64,000 nucleotides of DNA from Felis catus. Its lineage: Eukaryota. The stretch lies in the NCBI RefSeq assembly GCF_018350175.1, contig NC_058368.1, forward strand, positions 131,380,001 through 131,444,000. The letters run 5' to 3'. Shown here piece by piece: positions 1 to 13,368 of this stretch (position 1 is the stretch's first letter; the number at the start of each line of letters is the position of its first letter). The notes under the pieces were generated by a model. That model saw nothing but the letters and a program-made list of their open reading frames with translations. It ran no database searches and was not told the DNA's origin. The translations under genes were made by a program, and so were the position numbers.

Positions 1-1326
1 AGCTTGGGGGGAAAATTAGTGTTTTCTCTGACCTTCCTTGGAGTTTTCCACATTACTCTCTTCTGTAGTTTTCTTGTGTTTCTGAAGATTAATGTGTTTT
101 TGTGGCATAATTAATTAATACAGTATTAGACATTACTACCATAATTTGGCTAAAGTGATTATTAGTCCTTCAGGTCTTCCCTAAGTTGGGTGAAGGGTCA
201 TCAAGTTTAGATGGAGAAGCAGGATCAGAAAAAGTAAGAGGCACAAGGCATTTTTAAAAAAGGTTGAGTGGCCCTGAACATGGAAAGCAGCTTGAGAGCA
301 AGGGCTAGTTAGGTAGAAGGTATGGTACTGAAGACAGCATGGATCTACCTTACAGCATTGCCTGGAGCCAGGAACATCCAACAATAAACCAGATCTTCTT
401 GGCACATAAATAACACCCAAGTAGTAAGAGACTATAGCAATATCTCAGGCTGCTAGAGACCATTTCAGTCCATAGAAACATACCACAGGTGTATTGATGA
501 TAGAGACAACCGCTTTCCTGTAGGATGTCCATTTTAGTTTCTTGTACTTAGTAGCCTCCTAAGTACCCTAAAAGACCAGTTTTCCTAATGTTTTTTATAC
601 TACTTTGAAACAACTAAGTGCCATGTGAAAAGAAAGACAGTCATGATTTCTTCTCAGATAGTGTAAATCAGAAGGAGACTCCACAAACGTGCTTAGTTTG
701 ATAAAGAAGAGTGAGTTCTCTTTCAGTTAACTCATTATTATCTAGGTCTCTAATCATTATGCTAAATATAGAAGCTAGAACTTTGAGTTAGCCTTTAAAC
801 TAATTAGTAATAGTTTGGGGGAATAGTGCATGTTGTGATATGATCAAGAGTTTCGGCTTACTCAGAAGTGAATTGAATTCTCCTCTTCTAGGAGGTTCTG
901 AAGCATTCTCTGCAGTCCCTAACTTTCATGCAGTGCCATCATCTAACCTAGAGTAAATGAATGTGTTTACTATTGGGGTGAAACTGAAAGAGGAAAGAAA
1001 GAAAACAATGGGCCAGCTCATCCAAGAGAGCAAAAAGCCTTTGTAGCCACTATAGGTATGTGTGAGCCGAAGAGTAGTGCTAAGTGACTACTTTCAGTTT
1101 TAGAATATTTTTCTATTTCGCAATGCTTAGATTTTATCAAAGTTCAGGGCTGCGTACTTTAGAAGGAAAAAGTCTTTGTACACATTTTGTACGGCACCTG
1201 GTAGGTGATTGTTATCATACTGAATGCCAAAACTTTCCTTTCCACTAAGGAATAATAAATATGGAGAATATAATGGTTTCCTTTTCACAAGGATCCCAAA
1301 GCATAAATGTTTATGCTTTTAGCTTT

Positions 1327-1348
1327 ATTTAATGTTTTTATTTTTGAG

Positions 1349-1388
<40 letters not shown>

Positions 1389-1585
1389 AGAGAGAGAGAG
1401 AGAATGAGAATGAGAATGAGAATGAGCAGGGGAGGGGCAGAGAGAGGGAGATACAGAATCCAAAGCAGGCTCCAGGCTCTGAGCTGTCGGCACAGAGTCT
1501 GATGCAGGGCTCGAGCTCACAAACGGCAAGATCGTGACCTGAGCTGAAGTCGGACGTTTAAACAACTGAGCCACCCAGGTGCCTC
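1327..1585 (-). mobile_element. Can-SINE (SINEC_Fc-type)
   Basis: Reverse-complement tRNA-derived head (gccacccaggtgcc), (GA)n/(GAATGA)n tract, T-rich tail; flanking TTTTAGCTTT duplication. Confidence 0.95.
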
Positions 1586-1689
1586 TATATTTTTAGCTTT
1601 TGATACAACTTGATCTCAGTAACATGTTTAGGGAAGAGAGAGAGATTTTAATCTCTCTAAATAGGTTTTCTTTATGCCTGAAAGAATTA

Positions 1690-1865
1690 CAGTATTGTGG
1701 TTGTCAGATGCTCTGGACCAGCTGCATCAAAATCACTAGGGGAGCTTTTTATAATTCCCTCGACACTGTAGTGTCCTAAGTCTGGGACAGGTCCTAGACA
1801 GTTTTCTAAAAGCACCCTAGTTAATTCCAGTACACCGACTTGCTAACTCTTAGACACTTGTTCTA
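1690..1865. mobile_element. MER5A-like hAT-Charlie fossil
   Basis: ggaccagctgcatcaaaatcactaggggagcttttt...aaaagcaccctagttaattc resembles MER5A. Confidence 0.55.
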
Positions 1866-2039
1866 AAGTTGACTGAAGTTGAAGTTCACACATCTCCCCT
1901 GATATCAGCAGACTACATCTATAAAAAGTCATAAAATCGATATTGGTGGGAAAAAAGCTAACAAACCTTCTCAAATGGTATGTCACATTTAAAGGATTGA
2001 TTTCAAAGGTAATATTTTTACTTTGGAGTCAAGCAATGG

Positions 2040-2290
2040 TAATGATAATGATAAAGCAGCGACAGTGAACGCTTACATAGCACTGTCTCTGTGCCAGGTA
2101 CTGCTTCATTCCCTTTAGTTACATTATTCACTTAATCTTCATGGCAGCCCTCTGAGGTACTTACTTCATTATTGCCATTTTACCAGGAAAGGTTAGATAT
2201 CTTGTGCAATGTCAGCCAGCTAGTAAGTGGTAGAGCTGGGATTCACACCCAGGCCTCGAGGCTTAGGAATCTGTGCTCTTAATCACTGTG
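2040..2290 (-). mobile_element. MIR SINE
   Basis: MIR core motifs: ctgtgccaggtactg...ttaatcttcatggcagccctctgaggta...cagctagtaagtggtagagctgggattcacacccagg. Confidence 0.8.
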
Positions 2291-2357
2291 TTCCATCCAC
2301 TGCTCTCCATTTTATCTCATGATTCCTTTAGGCCTTGGAGCGCCATGTGTGCAAGGC

Positions 2358-2610
2358 AAAGTAGTGTAGTAGGGTGGTTTAAAACCATGGGCCTGTGGGT
2401 ACCCTCTACAGCACTGGCTAGGTAATCACTTAGGTGAATGCCTTACCCTTTCTGAGCCTGGATTTTCTCATGCAAAAAATAAACTTTAAAATACGTTCTT
2501 TGTAATATATTGGTGAGACTAAATTTGGAAATATTTACCAAATATTGAACACATGCATTTTACTTAAGGAACACCCAATAATTGGTAGCGGTCATTATCA
2601 TTATCATTAT
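2358..2610 (+). mobile_element. MIR SINE
   Basis: ccttaccctttctgagcctggattttctcatgcaaaa core; ttatcatt tail. Confidence 0.65.
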
Positions 2611-3354
2611 TGTATTTAGTTTTGAGGTATCAAACAGTCAATAAGCCTAAAAAGTAAAATATTTTGGCTAACGTGACTGGAATTTATTGACCGGTTAGAT
2701 TTTAGCAGTTTTAGAGCTCTATGGATAATCTAGGAAAGAGACCCAAACAGTCTGTAGTTTGTTGTGCAGAGATAATCTAGATGGACCAATATAAAGCATC
2801 ACTATTTTTAAAGACTTGTGTTTTCTATATTCAGCAAAGATGGTGTGTTGTAAAAGCTAAAAACAGAGATGTAAGCACCAGGACACAGGTGATTTATCCT
2901 TAGGCACTGTCTACTTCAGGGGATCACCAAAAAACCCTGGGGGGATTCAGTGGGCGTTCCACTATTATGTCTCCTGAGAAGATTTTGGTAACCAATGCTA
3001 AGGACTCCCAAGGAGCAGAGGATGTAACTGAGAAATATAGCCTTTGGGCATTTCTTGGTATCCTTGGTGATAAGCTGCATGATTTCCTTTATGTGAAGTC
3101 ATCTTGCTCTGGAGCAGTAGGGAGGGGAAAAAAAAAAAAAACTGCCAGGACTTAACATCTTACTTAAAAGTTATTTTTCTGAATGCTGGTGCATCTGAGG
3201 AGTTAACACAGCATTGTCACACCACTACCTGTAGAAAGACCTAATGTCCTTAGGATTTCCCTTTGCTTTTATCCACCTTCTATACCTTTTACACCTTCTA
3301 TATCTACTTTCTCTTGTAACTCCCAGGACTACTGTTTATTACAGCAAAAAATAA

Positions 3355-3948
3355 GTTTCTTCTTATTTGGACTATTTCACTGGCCTCCCAGCTATTCTCT
3401 CTTCTTTTTCAATTTATATTAATTTGTTTGTAGCTCCATATTTGTTGCTTTTACTGTCATATTCCCAAACCTCTTTGACTCAGACTGCCTACAGCATAAA
3501 TGAATATCGGGGGTGCCATTCCCTGCCTTTGCAGATCTACAGTCAGTTGTATCTGACTTTCCGTCCATGTACCCTGTGTTCTAGCCAAGCTAGACTGCTT
3601 ACTGTACTCTGAAATTTTCTCACCTCTTAGCTTTATTATGTCGTTTTGCCTATTTAGACTGTCCTCCTGGAACCAGAGCATCCCTTTGAAATGCTAACAT
3701 TCTCTTAAGGCACAATTAAAAGAACACTTTTTTTCCCCTCCTCAGTCTTTCTTAGTTATTTAGGCAGAAATGATTTTTCCTTTAGCTGGAACTCCCCAAA
3801 TTTGTCTCATTCCCTCTCTTATGTCCCAGGTTCCTGAAAGTCAGTGAAAAAAATGACTAAACTAAACTTCTTTGGGTCTTCCTTGTATAACATCTAACAC
3901 TGTGCTTTGCATACAGACACTCAATAAATAATTATTGAACGAATGGAT
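3355..3948 (+). mobile_element. L2 LINE 3' fragment
   Basis: Pyrimidine-rich body ending in L2-type terminus cactcaataaataattattgaacgaatgg. Confidence 0.55.
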
Positions 3949-4404
3949 TAATCTAAGAGCCATTTAGCGAATTCTTGTGAAAAGGAAATATACCGAAAAC
4001 TTGACATCATTTTGAGTAATTTCATCAATGCACCCAAATACTGTATATTTTGTGTTAGGTGACCTTCAAAAAGTTTTGAGACTTCAGAGCTTTCTTATAT
4101 CCACACACTTTTTAATCCTGAACGTACACGAAATGATATAAAATTATTGTTACAGTAGTTTGTTGTATGTTATAAAAAGCCTTTTCTTATATTTTGGTCT
4201 TGTATTTCAAGTTCCAACCTAAATATATGTTACTGAATTATTAACAGAGAAAACAGAAAGACTGTGTTTGCTAAATTCTGGGGTTTTTTCCTTGTCTTTT
4301 TAAAATACATGAGCAAGTATTTAGAGCACATAAATACTACTTTTGGAGAAGTAGGAAATAATGTATTGCTTTGTCTTTAACATTTATTATGTTCATTAAG
4401 ACTA

Positions 4405-4905
4405 CTTTACTAGTTCTCTCTTGCTATAATGCTGCCTCAAAACTCACTGACTTAAAATCACATCTTTTTATTTGTCCCCAACTCTGTTGGCTCGCAGTTT
4501 AGGCTAGGATCAGCTGGTCTCTACTGACACCAGTTTTGCCCATAGCATTTGGCCCTTAACTTGGTCTAAAAGGACCAAGATGGCCTAATATGTATCAGGA
4601 GGTTGAAGGTTTTTGAGGTTTTCCTCTTTGTCCATGTCATCTTTTATCCTTAAGGATTTTGATATGGCAGCATTGCCTTCCACGATGGCTAAAGTGAAAG
4701 CTGTAGACCACTTGAAATCTAGGCTTGGAAGTCACAGAATATCCCTTCTATATACTATCGGTCAAAGCAGATCATGAGGGTAGATCAGATTCATAGGAGG
4801 ACAAACAGATTCTTCCACTTGATAAGAGGAGCAAAAAAGTAATATTGAGAAGGAACATACGGCCATGAAAGCAGTTATTAGGGCCACCTTTGCGGACAAT
4901 CTGTA
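4405..4905 (-). mobile_element. MaLR LTR (old MLT1 type)
   Basis: cctcaaaactcactgacttaaaatcaca...ctaggcttggaagtcacagaat...ggtcaaagcagatcatgagg...cagattca motifs typical of MLT1. Confidence 0.7.
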
Positions 4906-6410
4906 TTAAATGTATTGTGCACTTCAGAATGTTGAAAGTTAATCCACAATTGTCTTTTGTTTCCTCCAGAAGACTCCACTGAAAACTGGTTGCATCCTAA
5001 GTATGTACCCTCTGATGACTTTTGCCTTTTGGCTTACATGGATTTTTCTAGGGAGATTTTGAAATAATACTTATATTCAACTCCCCTTCCCCAGAGTCCT
5101 ATTAAATTAATCAGGAGTTGTCCTAGTCATTAGAATTTTTAAAGAGCTTTCTATGTCTATGTTATTTTAAAAATGTGCAGCCAGGATTTTGAGCCACTAT
5201 CTAAGTGTTCACTGTATACTACTCATTATCTCATTTTTCTTTTAAAGTGGGCAGTGTCTGTGCTGGTAGGTCAGAAATTAGGTGAAACAATTGACAAAGA
5301 GCAGTTTGTTGACTTATTGATTTTCAAATTATGCTTCTAGTTTCAAGCGATGTGAAGTACTAAAATAGGAAATAAGACAGCCAACACAGATAATCTGTTT
5401 AAAGAAACTGGAAATGAAAGACATTTAAAAAATTGAGGAGCATTATAGTTGTAAATAGCACAGTGGGCCACGTTTCGCTTATGGGCTCTTGTATGCACTG
5501 TCCATGAACTGATAGACGAAATGCACGCCAGCCTCTGAGAGGAGACTTTAGATCTTCTCTCTCACCCAATATACATTGGGTGAAAGCACCAAAATCTCTG
5601 AAAGAAAACTAATAGCATTGGGAACTGAAAGAAAAAATGGTTCAGGAGCCCTATGAAGAGTGCAGAGTCACAGATGTTATCGCTGAAAAGGCCCACTGGA
5701 ATTATTTAGTCTACCACTCCACCTGCCTGGTTCTTCTTCGCCACCACTAGAATTGAGACTGACTGTCCTAAATAATCTCCTTACATTCTAAATGAATATC
5801 CTAGGCCCTTTCAGAAACCTTGTCATTCATTGTGGTTTGTATTGAGGGGAGACAGCATAGCATACTGGAAAGAGAACCAAAAGTCCTAACAGACTGAGAT
5901 TTGAATCCTGGCTCCACTGACAATTTAGCGGCGTGGTCGTACAAGTTCAAACACTTGTACGCGTGACCCTGGGTTTCTTTTACGTGTTTACAGTCTCATC
6001 CACAAAAAGTAAAAAATTAGATGGGTAGATGCTACTAACATGTCTCTGTTTCCCCATTTGTTAATCAGCTAGTAAGGAGGTTTTTTTCCCATTTAATTAG
6101 AGATTAATAGCATGGTCATTGGCAGTACTATGATCTTAAGCTTTCTAACTTTATGGTCTTATATGCCTTTCTAAATAGCAGTAACCCTATGTCATTTTAC
6201 TATAACTCTATGAGTATTTTTGTTTAAGTTATTCCTTTCAAATGTTATGTCATAATGATAAATGGGGAAAAAGGGTATAAAAGTATGTTTGTAGATAATT
6301 TGATCATAATTATGAAAATTGTTGGAAGAAAACATACCAAAATGTCACCAAGTCTTTACAAAGATGTTTCTCTTTTTTTTCTTCCAAATATTTAAAAAAA
6401 ACATAGATTC

Positions 6411-6647
6411 GGGGCGCCTGGGTGGCTCAGTTGGTTAAGCGTCCAACTTTGACTCAGGTCGTGATCTCACGGTTCGTGGGTTCAAGCCCCACATAGGGCT
6501 CTGTGCTGATGGCTCAGAGCCTGGAGCCTGCTTTGGATTCTGTGTCTTCCTCTCTCTCTGCCCCTCCCTGATTCATGCTCCCTTGCTCTCTCTCTCTCAA
6601 AGATAAATAAACACTTAAAAAAATTTTAAAAAGTAAATTAATAAAAT
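6411..6647 (+). mobile_element. Can-SINE
   Basis: ggggcgcctgggtggctcag head, CT tract, A tail; TSD aaacat(a/g)gatt. Confidence 0.96.
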
Positions 6648-6777
6648 AAACATGGATTGCTTCTTTAACAAGAAATAAACAGTACACACACACCCTCCTT
6701 AATGTTCATATATATTTTGCCAAAAGTAGCCACACTTTGAAACAGGTTTATGTGCTTATTTTGTGAAAGAGCTATTT

Positions 6778-6996
6778 AAAAAAAAAAAAAATTAACGTTT
6801 ATTTATTTTTGAGACAGAGAGAGACAGAGCATGAACAGGGAAGGGGCAGAGAGAGAAGGAGACACAGAATCGGAAACAGGCTCCAGGCTCTGAGCCATCA
6901 GCCCAGAGCCCGACGCGGGGCTCGAACTCACAGACCCTGAGATCGTGACCTGAGCTGAAGTCGGACGCTTAACCGACTGAGCCACCCAGGCGCCCC
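6778..6996 (-). mobile_element. Can-SINE (young SINEC_Fc)
   Basis: Full-length, CpG-rich; TSD g(a/g)aagagctattt. Confidence 0.97.
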
Positions 6997-7010
6997 TGGA
7001 AGAGCTATTT

Positions 7011-7231
7011 TTTTAAAAAAATTTTAACATTTATTTATTATTGAGAGACAGAGAGACACAAAGTGTGAGCAGGGGAGGGGGCAGAGAGAGGGGGAGACAC
7101 AGAATCCAAAGCAGGCTCCAGGCTCTGAGCTGTCAACGCAGAGCCTGACACAGGGCTTGAATTCACAAACTGCGAGATCATGACCTGAGTCCAAGTTGGT
7201 CACCTAACCGAGTGAGCCACCGAGGCGCCCC
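7011..7231 (-). mobile_element. Can-SINE (older, CpG-decayed)
   Basis: Full-length; TSD g(g/a)aagagc(t/g)attt. Confidence 0.96.
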
Positions 7232-10200
7232 GAGAAAGAGCGATTTTTATAGTGACTGAAGCCACATACAATTCTGAAGTTTTCTAAGATAGACAACCCC
7301 AGAGTGGAAGTTCTTACCACTTTTCATGGATTTTCTATCTAAATTTATAGCTTCATTTAACCATTTGCCAAAACTAGAAACATGGGAATTTTTCATGATT
7401 CCATTTCCTTCATTACACATGTATTATTGGTTATCACACTCATAATTGGTTATTTAAGTTGATTCCTTCTTCCTTTAAACTTTTCCTTCTACTCCCATTG
7501 TGTGAGGCCCTGTTTCAAGCCCATATTACCTTCTTCATGAATGATAGCTAAAACATACCTGGTCACGACATTCTCTTACCTAAAAATCTGTGAATCCTTG
7601 TTTATGAAGATAATGTCCAAACTCACTCGCAATTTGCTCCCACTCTATGGTTCTTTTTTCATCCTACTCATGCTTCAAAGCTCCTTTCAAATATGAACCT
7701 TTCATCAGTTTGCCCCAGCAAACTTAGCTGCTTCCCTACCTCCTAGGCTTTTTAAAAGCACCTCACTTATAACATGTAGCATGCTGTAAGATTTGCATAC
7801 ATGCTCAGACTAGACTGTGAGCCTTTAATGGGCAAGGCCTTTGTGCCTTTCATCTTAATGCTTATTAGTAGGTTCAACCATTGGATAGTCAGATACTAAT
7901 TGTTTGGTGAATGTGATATAAAGTGGATATAAAAGTAGATATAAAATTTCCTCCTTCTCCTCTTCTTTCATGACTGCATCAGAATAGTTGGTTAAAGATC
8001 AGTCACAAATCTTAAATGTTCAAATAATGAAAAATAACAACTGAGAACAAGGGTAGTTGAGAGTATGCATATTGAAGTGGAGGGGAGAGTTTTCTTAAAT
8101 GGAATATATTCTCTTAGTTCTATCACATAAAAAATTCCACCTTGTAAAGTTCTGTATTTCAAAACCAGTATTAAGACTTAGAACAGTACTGTACTTGTAC
8201 TAATGGTAATAATTTTGCTTTTGACTAAATTCTGAAATTAGTGATTATAAGCTATGTGATTAAAAAGAGAAGAGTGTGAGGCAAGTCATGTAACAAGTAT
8301 TTGGTAGTGCTGAGATACAAAAGAACTGTTAATATTTTAAAATAATCACAAAAAAAGTAATGTTTAATTTAACAGTATGATGCAGTTGAATAATGCTTTA
8401 ACTATGACATATTAAAACTATTATTATTGACATAACCTACAAATCAGCAGTCAACATTTTTCCCAAACACTAGTCTATAAAAGTAGATTCTTATCTATAC
8501 ATTCATTACTAATCTTTTTAATCCAGCCACCATTCCCCCCCACCCCCTGCCCCTCCACACACGCACACAGATTGACCCTTCCCAATGCACTTAGTGCCAG
8601 TAGGCTGACACTTAGCAGGGGTCCGTCTTTCATCTCCTAACTGCTAGTATGTGTCCTCCTTTGCGTTGCTTCTATTTGGACTCAAAGAAGATGCTTATAT
8701 ATTACATGTTTTTAAAGATACTTTCTTATATCTGCATATCTTTATTTATGGATCAGCAATATATATGTAAGAGTTTCTGACCATTCCCATTTTTCTGATG
8801 TTCTGATTTTATAAAGTATTTTCTTTTTAGGTCACTGTGTGTCATGTAAATAATAATTTACTTTGTTCACATCTCATCAAATACATTTATTTTTACTGCT
8901 AAAGAAGCAAAAAACATACTGAAGAACAAGTACTCTTTCAAATTCTACTTTCACGTAATTCTTTTTTCATAGTTCCATAATTTATTAAGATAAGTGCCAT
9001 TATTAGGCTTGTTTCCATATTTTGTCATTTCCTCGGGAACGAGGGAACGAGTTTGTTCTTTCTTAAAAGCAGCTAAGACTGTGTTGAAAGTAGCAAGGTG
9101 ACTTTGATTGTGAAAGGTAACATTTGGATGACTGAATAATGTGAGCTTTTTGTTATTGCTGTTAAAATGGCAATCAGTGCTTCTACTCATTAAAATAAAA
9201 ATATTCAGTGATGTATAAAATTAAGACTGTCTCAGCAAGGTGAAGTTTGCATAAAAATTAATTGTTCAGAAAGGAAAGCTTGAAAGCACTATTAAGGGGC
9301 AGCTAAAGGTTACAAAATTAAAGGCATCAAATATATATGTGTATTGTATGCATGTCTATGTAAACATACTTTTTATGCAAGTAGCAAATAGGGGCATTTT
9401 CTATGAAGTGTTTACCAGGTACTGTCCGTACAGCATAAAATTCTAACTACTATCAACTACTCACTTTTATAAAGAAAATCAGGTTCATCATAGGTCTTAG
9501 AGTATAGCTTTATTCTATTTTGCAACTAAATTAATTGTAATATTTGGAACAAGTGCAGATCTTTTGTTAATTCCTAGAGGACCAAAATTAATAAATACTC
9601 ATCCTTTATACTGGTGGAATTTAATAGAAAAAGGTTAGAAAGTACTTGAAGAAAAGTGCATCCAATGAGTAGACTGACATAGCTGAGGCTTATACCCCGT
9701 GCCCCAAACCAGGGAATGGCACAATCCATGTGAAGTGCCTGGCTGTCTAGACAGTCTCTTCAACAGGCGAGACTGGGTTGAAGGCCAGAAGTAACCCAAC
9801 CTGGCATGTGATCCACTAATGAAAAAGGTCCAGAAAAATAGTTACAAGGGGGTAGGGATGGAACTTGGAGGAAAAAGCTGGGTTGTAGAGGAGTGAGTGA
9901 GGTTAAGGTCAGGGAAGGAACCAGAGTCCAACAGGAAGGACTCAGGTTTTAGTCCTAGGACTCCCTTTCCCAAGAAGATTGTGAAGAACAAGGCAACATC
10001 TGATATGTCCAACAAGTTCAGTAAGGATGCTGACAGATAGCAATGGGAGGAAAATGGATCATGGCCCCACTTACAACTGGAGTACATGTAAGAGCCCAGC
10101 CTGTTGATTTAAGTGATTTTTTTATTGTAGTCATAAATTAATATGGCTCTTAGCTCAGGGCTTGAAGGTATTCTTGTATCCCACATGCATAAAAATGTCT

Positions 10201-10552
10201 AAAATAAAAAGAACAGTTTTTTTTAATGCCTTGAGGATACGTGATCACTGTCAGCATTGTTTTTCAGAACACTCCAAACTGTTTTGACCCACTAAATTGA
10301 GTTCTTGACTCCCTAATGAGTCAAAACCCACAGTTTGAAAAACACTGCTTTTGAAGGTGATGGATAGTAACTTTGCCTCTTCATCTTGGAGCCTGTACCC
10401 CCTGTTCAAAATGAGACAGTTTGTGAGTGTTGAGAGCCCTCTGATTTGTCTACTGCTACTGCTGCTTTTCCTCGGCCTTGCACAGCAACCTTTCTCAGTA
10501 GAATCGTCGCAAAGAACAAAGAAGAGAAAAATAAACATAGTTGAAGTGAGGG

Positions 10553-11285
10553 ATTCAGTTCACCACAGGTTTGTTGAGCGATCTCCTGCCATTTGTCAGG
10601 CACTATACTAGGCAGAGAGGATATGGGAACAAGTTACGCATGACCTTTTTCTTGGAGAACCTAGGTTAATGAAGGGAGAAGAATGGAAATAAAATAATGA
10701 TGGGCGTTTTATCAGCTGTATTGTGCGTACAGAAGAGAAAGTAATCTGTTGTACCTGAAAAAATCTGAAAATATTTCACAGGAGATATGGCGCTTGAGCT
10801 GTCTAGTAAGATGAGTAGATATTAAGTTATCTTGGAAGATGAAAGGTTTTTGCTGGTTATTGAAGGTGGTAAAGAACAGTCTAGGCAGTAAGAGTAATTT
10901 AAAGAAAAGTACAGAGAAATGAATTAGCCTAGCTCTTTCTCTGAACCTCCATAGTTCAGTGTGACTAGAAAAAGACTGATAAGGTTGATGGTGTGAGGTT
11001 GGGGGGGATGGTGGGGATTCAATGACAGACTTCCAGTTGACGCTGAGGAGACCTTTCTGCAATAGGAGGCAGTGACAACAGTTTACATTTTAGTGAGATT
11101 ACTCTTCAGGGTACATTGTGGAGACTGACACAAGTTGTCTGGAAACCAGGAGCTCAGAAAGAGGAATAGTCAAATAATCTGGTGAGGGCTTTAAATAAGA
11201 CAGTATCGGTAGGGATGAGGAGAAATGTAAAAGAAATGGCAGAGAAAAAAAAAAAAAACCAAGGTAGAATTTAAGAAATGTCCTA
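10553..11285 (-). mobile_element. L2 LINE fragment
   Basis: tttgttgagcgatctcctgccatttgtcaggcactatactaggc start and purine-rich body. Confidence 0.5.
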
Positions 11286-11874
11286 CTGAAGACACATATT
11301 TCAAACTTGAATTATCCAAATGCATACTAATTGAGTATACTAGGAACTGAAAATTGATCATCCTTAGAATCCATTCAAGCACCATATTACCAGGGTAATT
11401 GTCTCAGCCACACATTATTATAATTTTCTCTGCGTTTGATATTACTAATATGTTTGTATCTTCTGATTTGTTCCTAGAAAGATTTAAGGCATACAAAATA
11501 TATTTTTAAGTAAGGAAAGATAGAGAACGACAAGCACAAATAACTAAATAACATGAAGCTGTGGGTGAAGTTAGTACATAAAATTGACCCACCTGGTACA
11601 AAGAGGGAAATGACTAGGTACACAATACATAGTGCCCATGAAGTAAAAACTGCTTGGAAAACTAATATTTTTCGCACTGGTGCAAAATCATCTCCCTTAA
11701 GCTCCTCACAAAGAGAATATTTGAAGTGGTGAACCGTGTTCTCAGTAGCTCTCCTTGTAGTAAGTAGAAAAATAAATTTGGAAGAGATGTTTTATAATGA
11801 GCCTTAATAAAAGTCCATAGCCTCATGCCGGATCAACAAGGAACCAAAGTGCTATCAACATGTATAGCTCCCAT

Positions 11875-12140
11875 CCACTCATTCACATAGTGTTTGAGTC
11901 CCTGCATTACGTCCGGTTATGTAGTAAACACTGGGAATACAACAGAGCACAGATCAGACATGCTCCCTGCCCTTGATGGAGCTCACAGTCGATTAGTAAA
12001 GGTAGTTAACAGGCACATATTATATGGCATGAAGAATGCTATAATGAGGGAGGCATGGGGTGCCTGTTTACATATAGCAAGACCCCTGAGGAAGCGTTGT
12101 TGTCCTGAAGGATGCGGTGTTAACCAGTAGAGAAGAAAAA
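11875..12140 (-). mobile_element. L2 LINE 3' fragment
   Basis: ccactcattcac...ctgggaatacaacagagcacagatcagacatgctccctgcccttgatggagctcacagtc. Confidence 0.65.
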
Positions 12141-12909
12141 ATGTTGCGAGCAGAAAGGGAGTTCAAGATTACACACTCTTGCTGATATTCTAGTTACCAA
12201 TTAAACAAAAGTCTATGGGCTTTAATGTTTAATAGTCAGCCAAGCTGGAGGTAGGACCCCAGTACGATAATTAATTTTGATTAGTTTAAAATGGGATAAA
12301 TAGTAGTGGCGATGTGTGATCAAGTAATCTCATCTTTTAAGGTACCTTTCAATGTTTTCATCTATTCTCAGAATACATTCTCTACCAGTCCTTATTTTAT
12401 AGAAGGGAAATTTAAGGCTCTCCTAGCATCAGAACAGTGTGCCTTGTTTCCATTTGTTCTAAAGACCATAACTATTTAAAGGGCAGATCTAGCGAGGCAG
12501 GCATATCTAAATGGCAGTTAACCAGGAACAGGCAACATGAAGCAGCACAGATGGTACTAGTTATATGGTGTTTACCTCATCATACTTTTCTGCCTTGGTT
12601 TACTGTTAACTGCTTTTCTCCTCCTTCCTTCTCCCATTCTTTTCTTAACACCAGTTTGCGTTTAAACTTCTTGCGTGGGTGCCTTTCGAGTATATGCATA
12701 CCTTTTCTCTCTTAGGCTCTTTCTCCCTAATATCTATATAATAGCTATCAATTCATTTATATATTTCTCTAACTAGCTTTATATAGATAAACTTAACTAT
12801 TTGGTTTTTATTACAATACAGCAAAAACGTGGGCTTATTGTTAAAAAGATAGCAAAAAAAATAGAAATCAACTGTGTTCCCACTGGTAATAGCTGCTATT
12901 AACATATTT

Positions 12910-13360
12910 TAAGTTTTTGTTTTAATTCCAATTAGTTAACATACATTGTACCACTAGATCCTGATGTACAATGTAGTGATTTAACATTTTCATACAACAG
13001 CCAGTACTCACCACAGCAAGTGCACTCCTTAATCCTCATCACCTTTTCAACCCCCCCCCCCACCTCCTTCTGGTGACCATCAGTTTGTTCTCTATAGGTA
13101 AGAGTCTGTTGCTTGGTTTGCCTCTCTGTTTCTTTTTTTCTTTCCTTTTGCTTGTTTTGTTTTGTTCTGTTTTTAAATTCCACACAGGAGTGAAATCAAA
13201 TGGTATTTGTCTTTCTCTGACTGGCTTATTTCGCTTAGAATCACACTCTCTAGCTCCATCCATGTCTTTGCAAATGGCAAGATTTTGATCTATATTTTTT
13301 ATGGCTGAATAATATTCATATATATACTGAAATATTATGTATGTATAGCAAATCTTTTTC
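12910..13360 (-). mobile_element. Carnivore L1 3' UTR fragment (unit 1 of composite)
   Basis: ttaattccaattagttaacatac...ccatcagtttgttctctata...ctctagctccatccatg...gcaaatggcaagattt is the carnivore L1 3' end. Confidence 0.92.
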
Positions 13361-13368
13361 CATCAGAT

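Noticed and set aside
6411..6500. tRNA genes
   Set aside because: The A/B-box tRNA-like segments are SINE heads followed by CT tract and poly-A.
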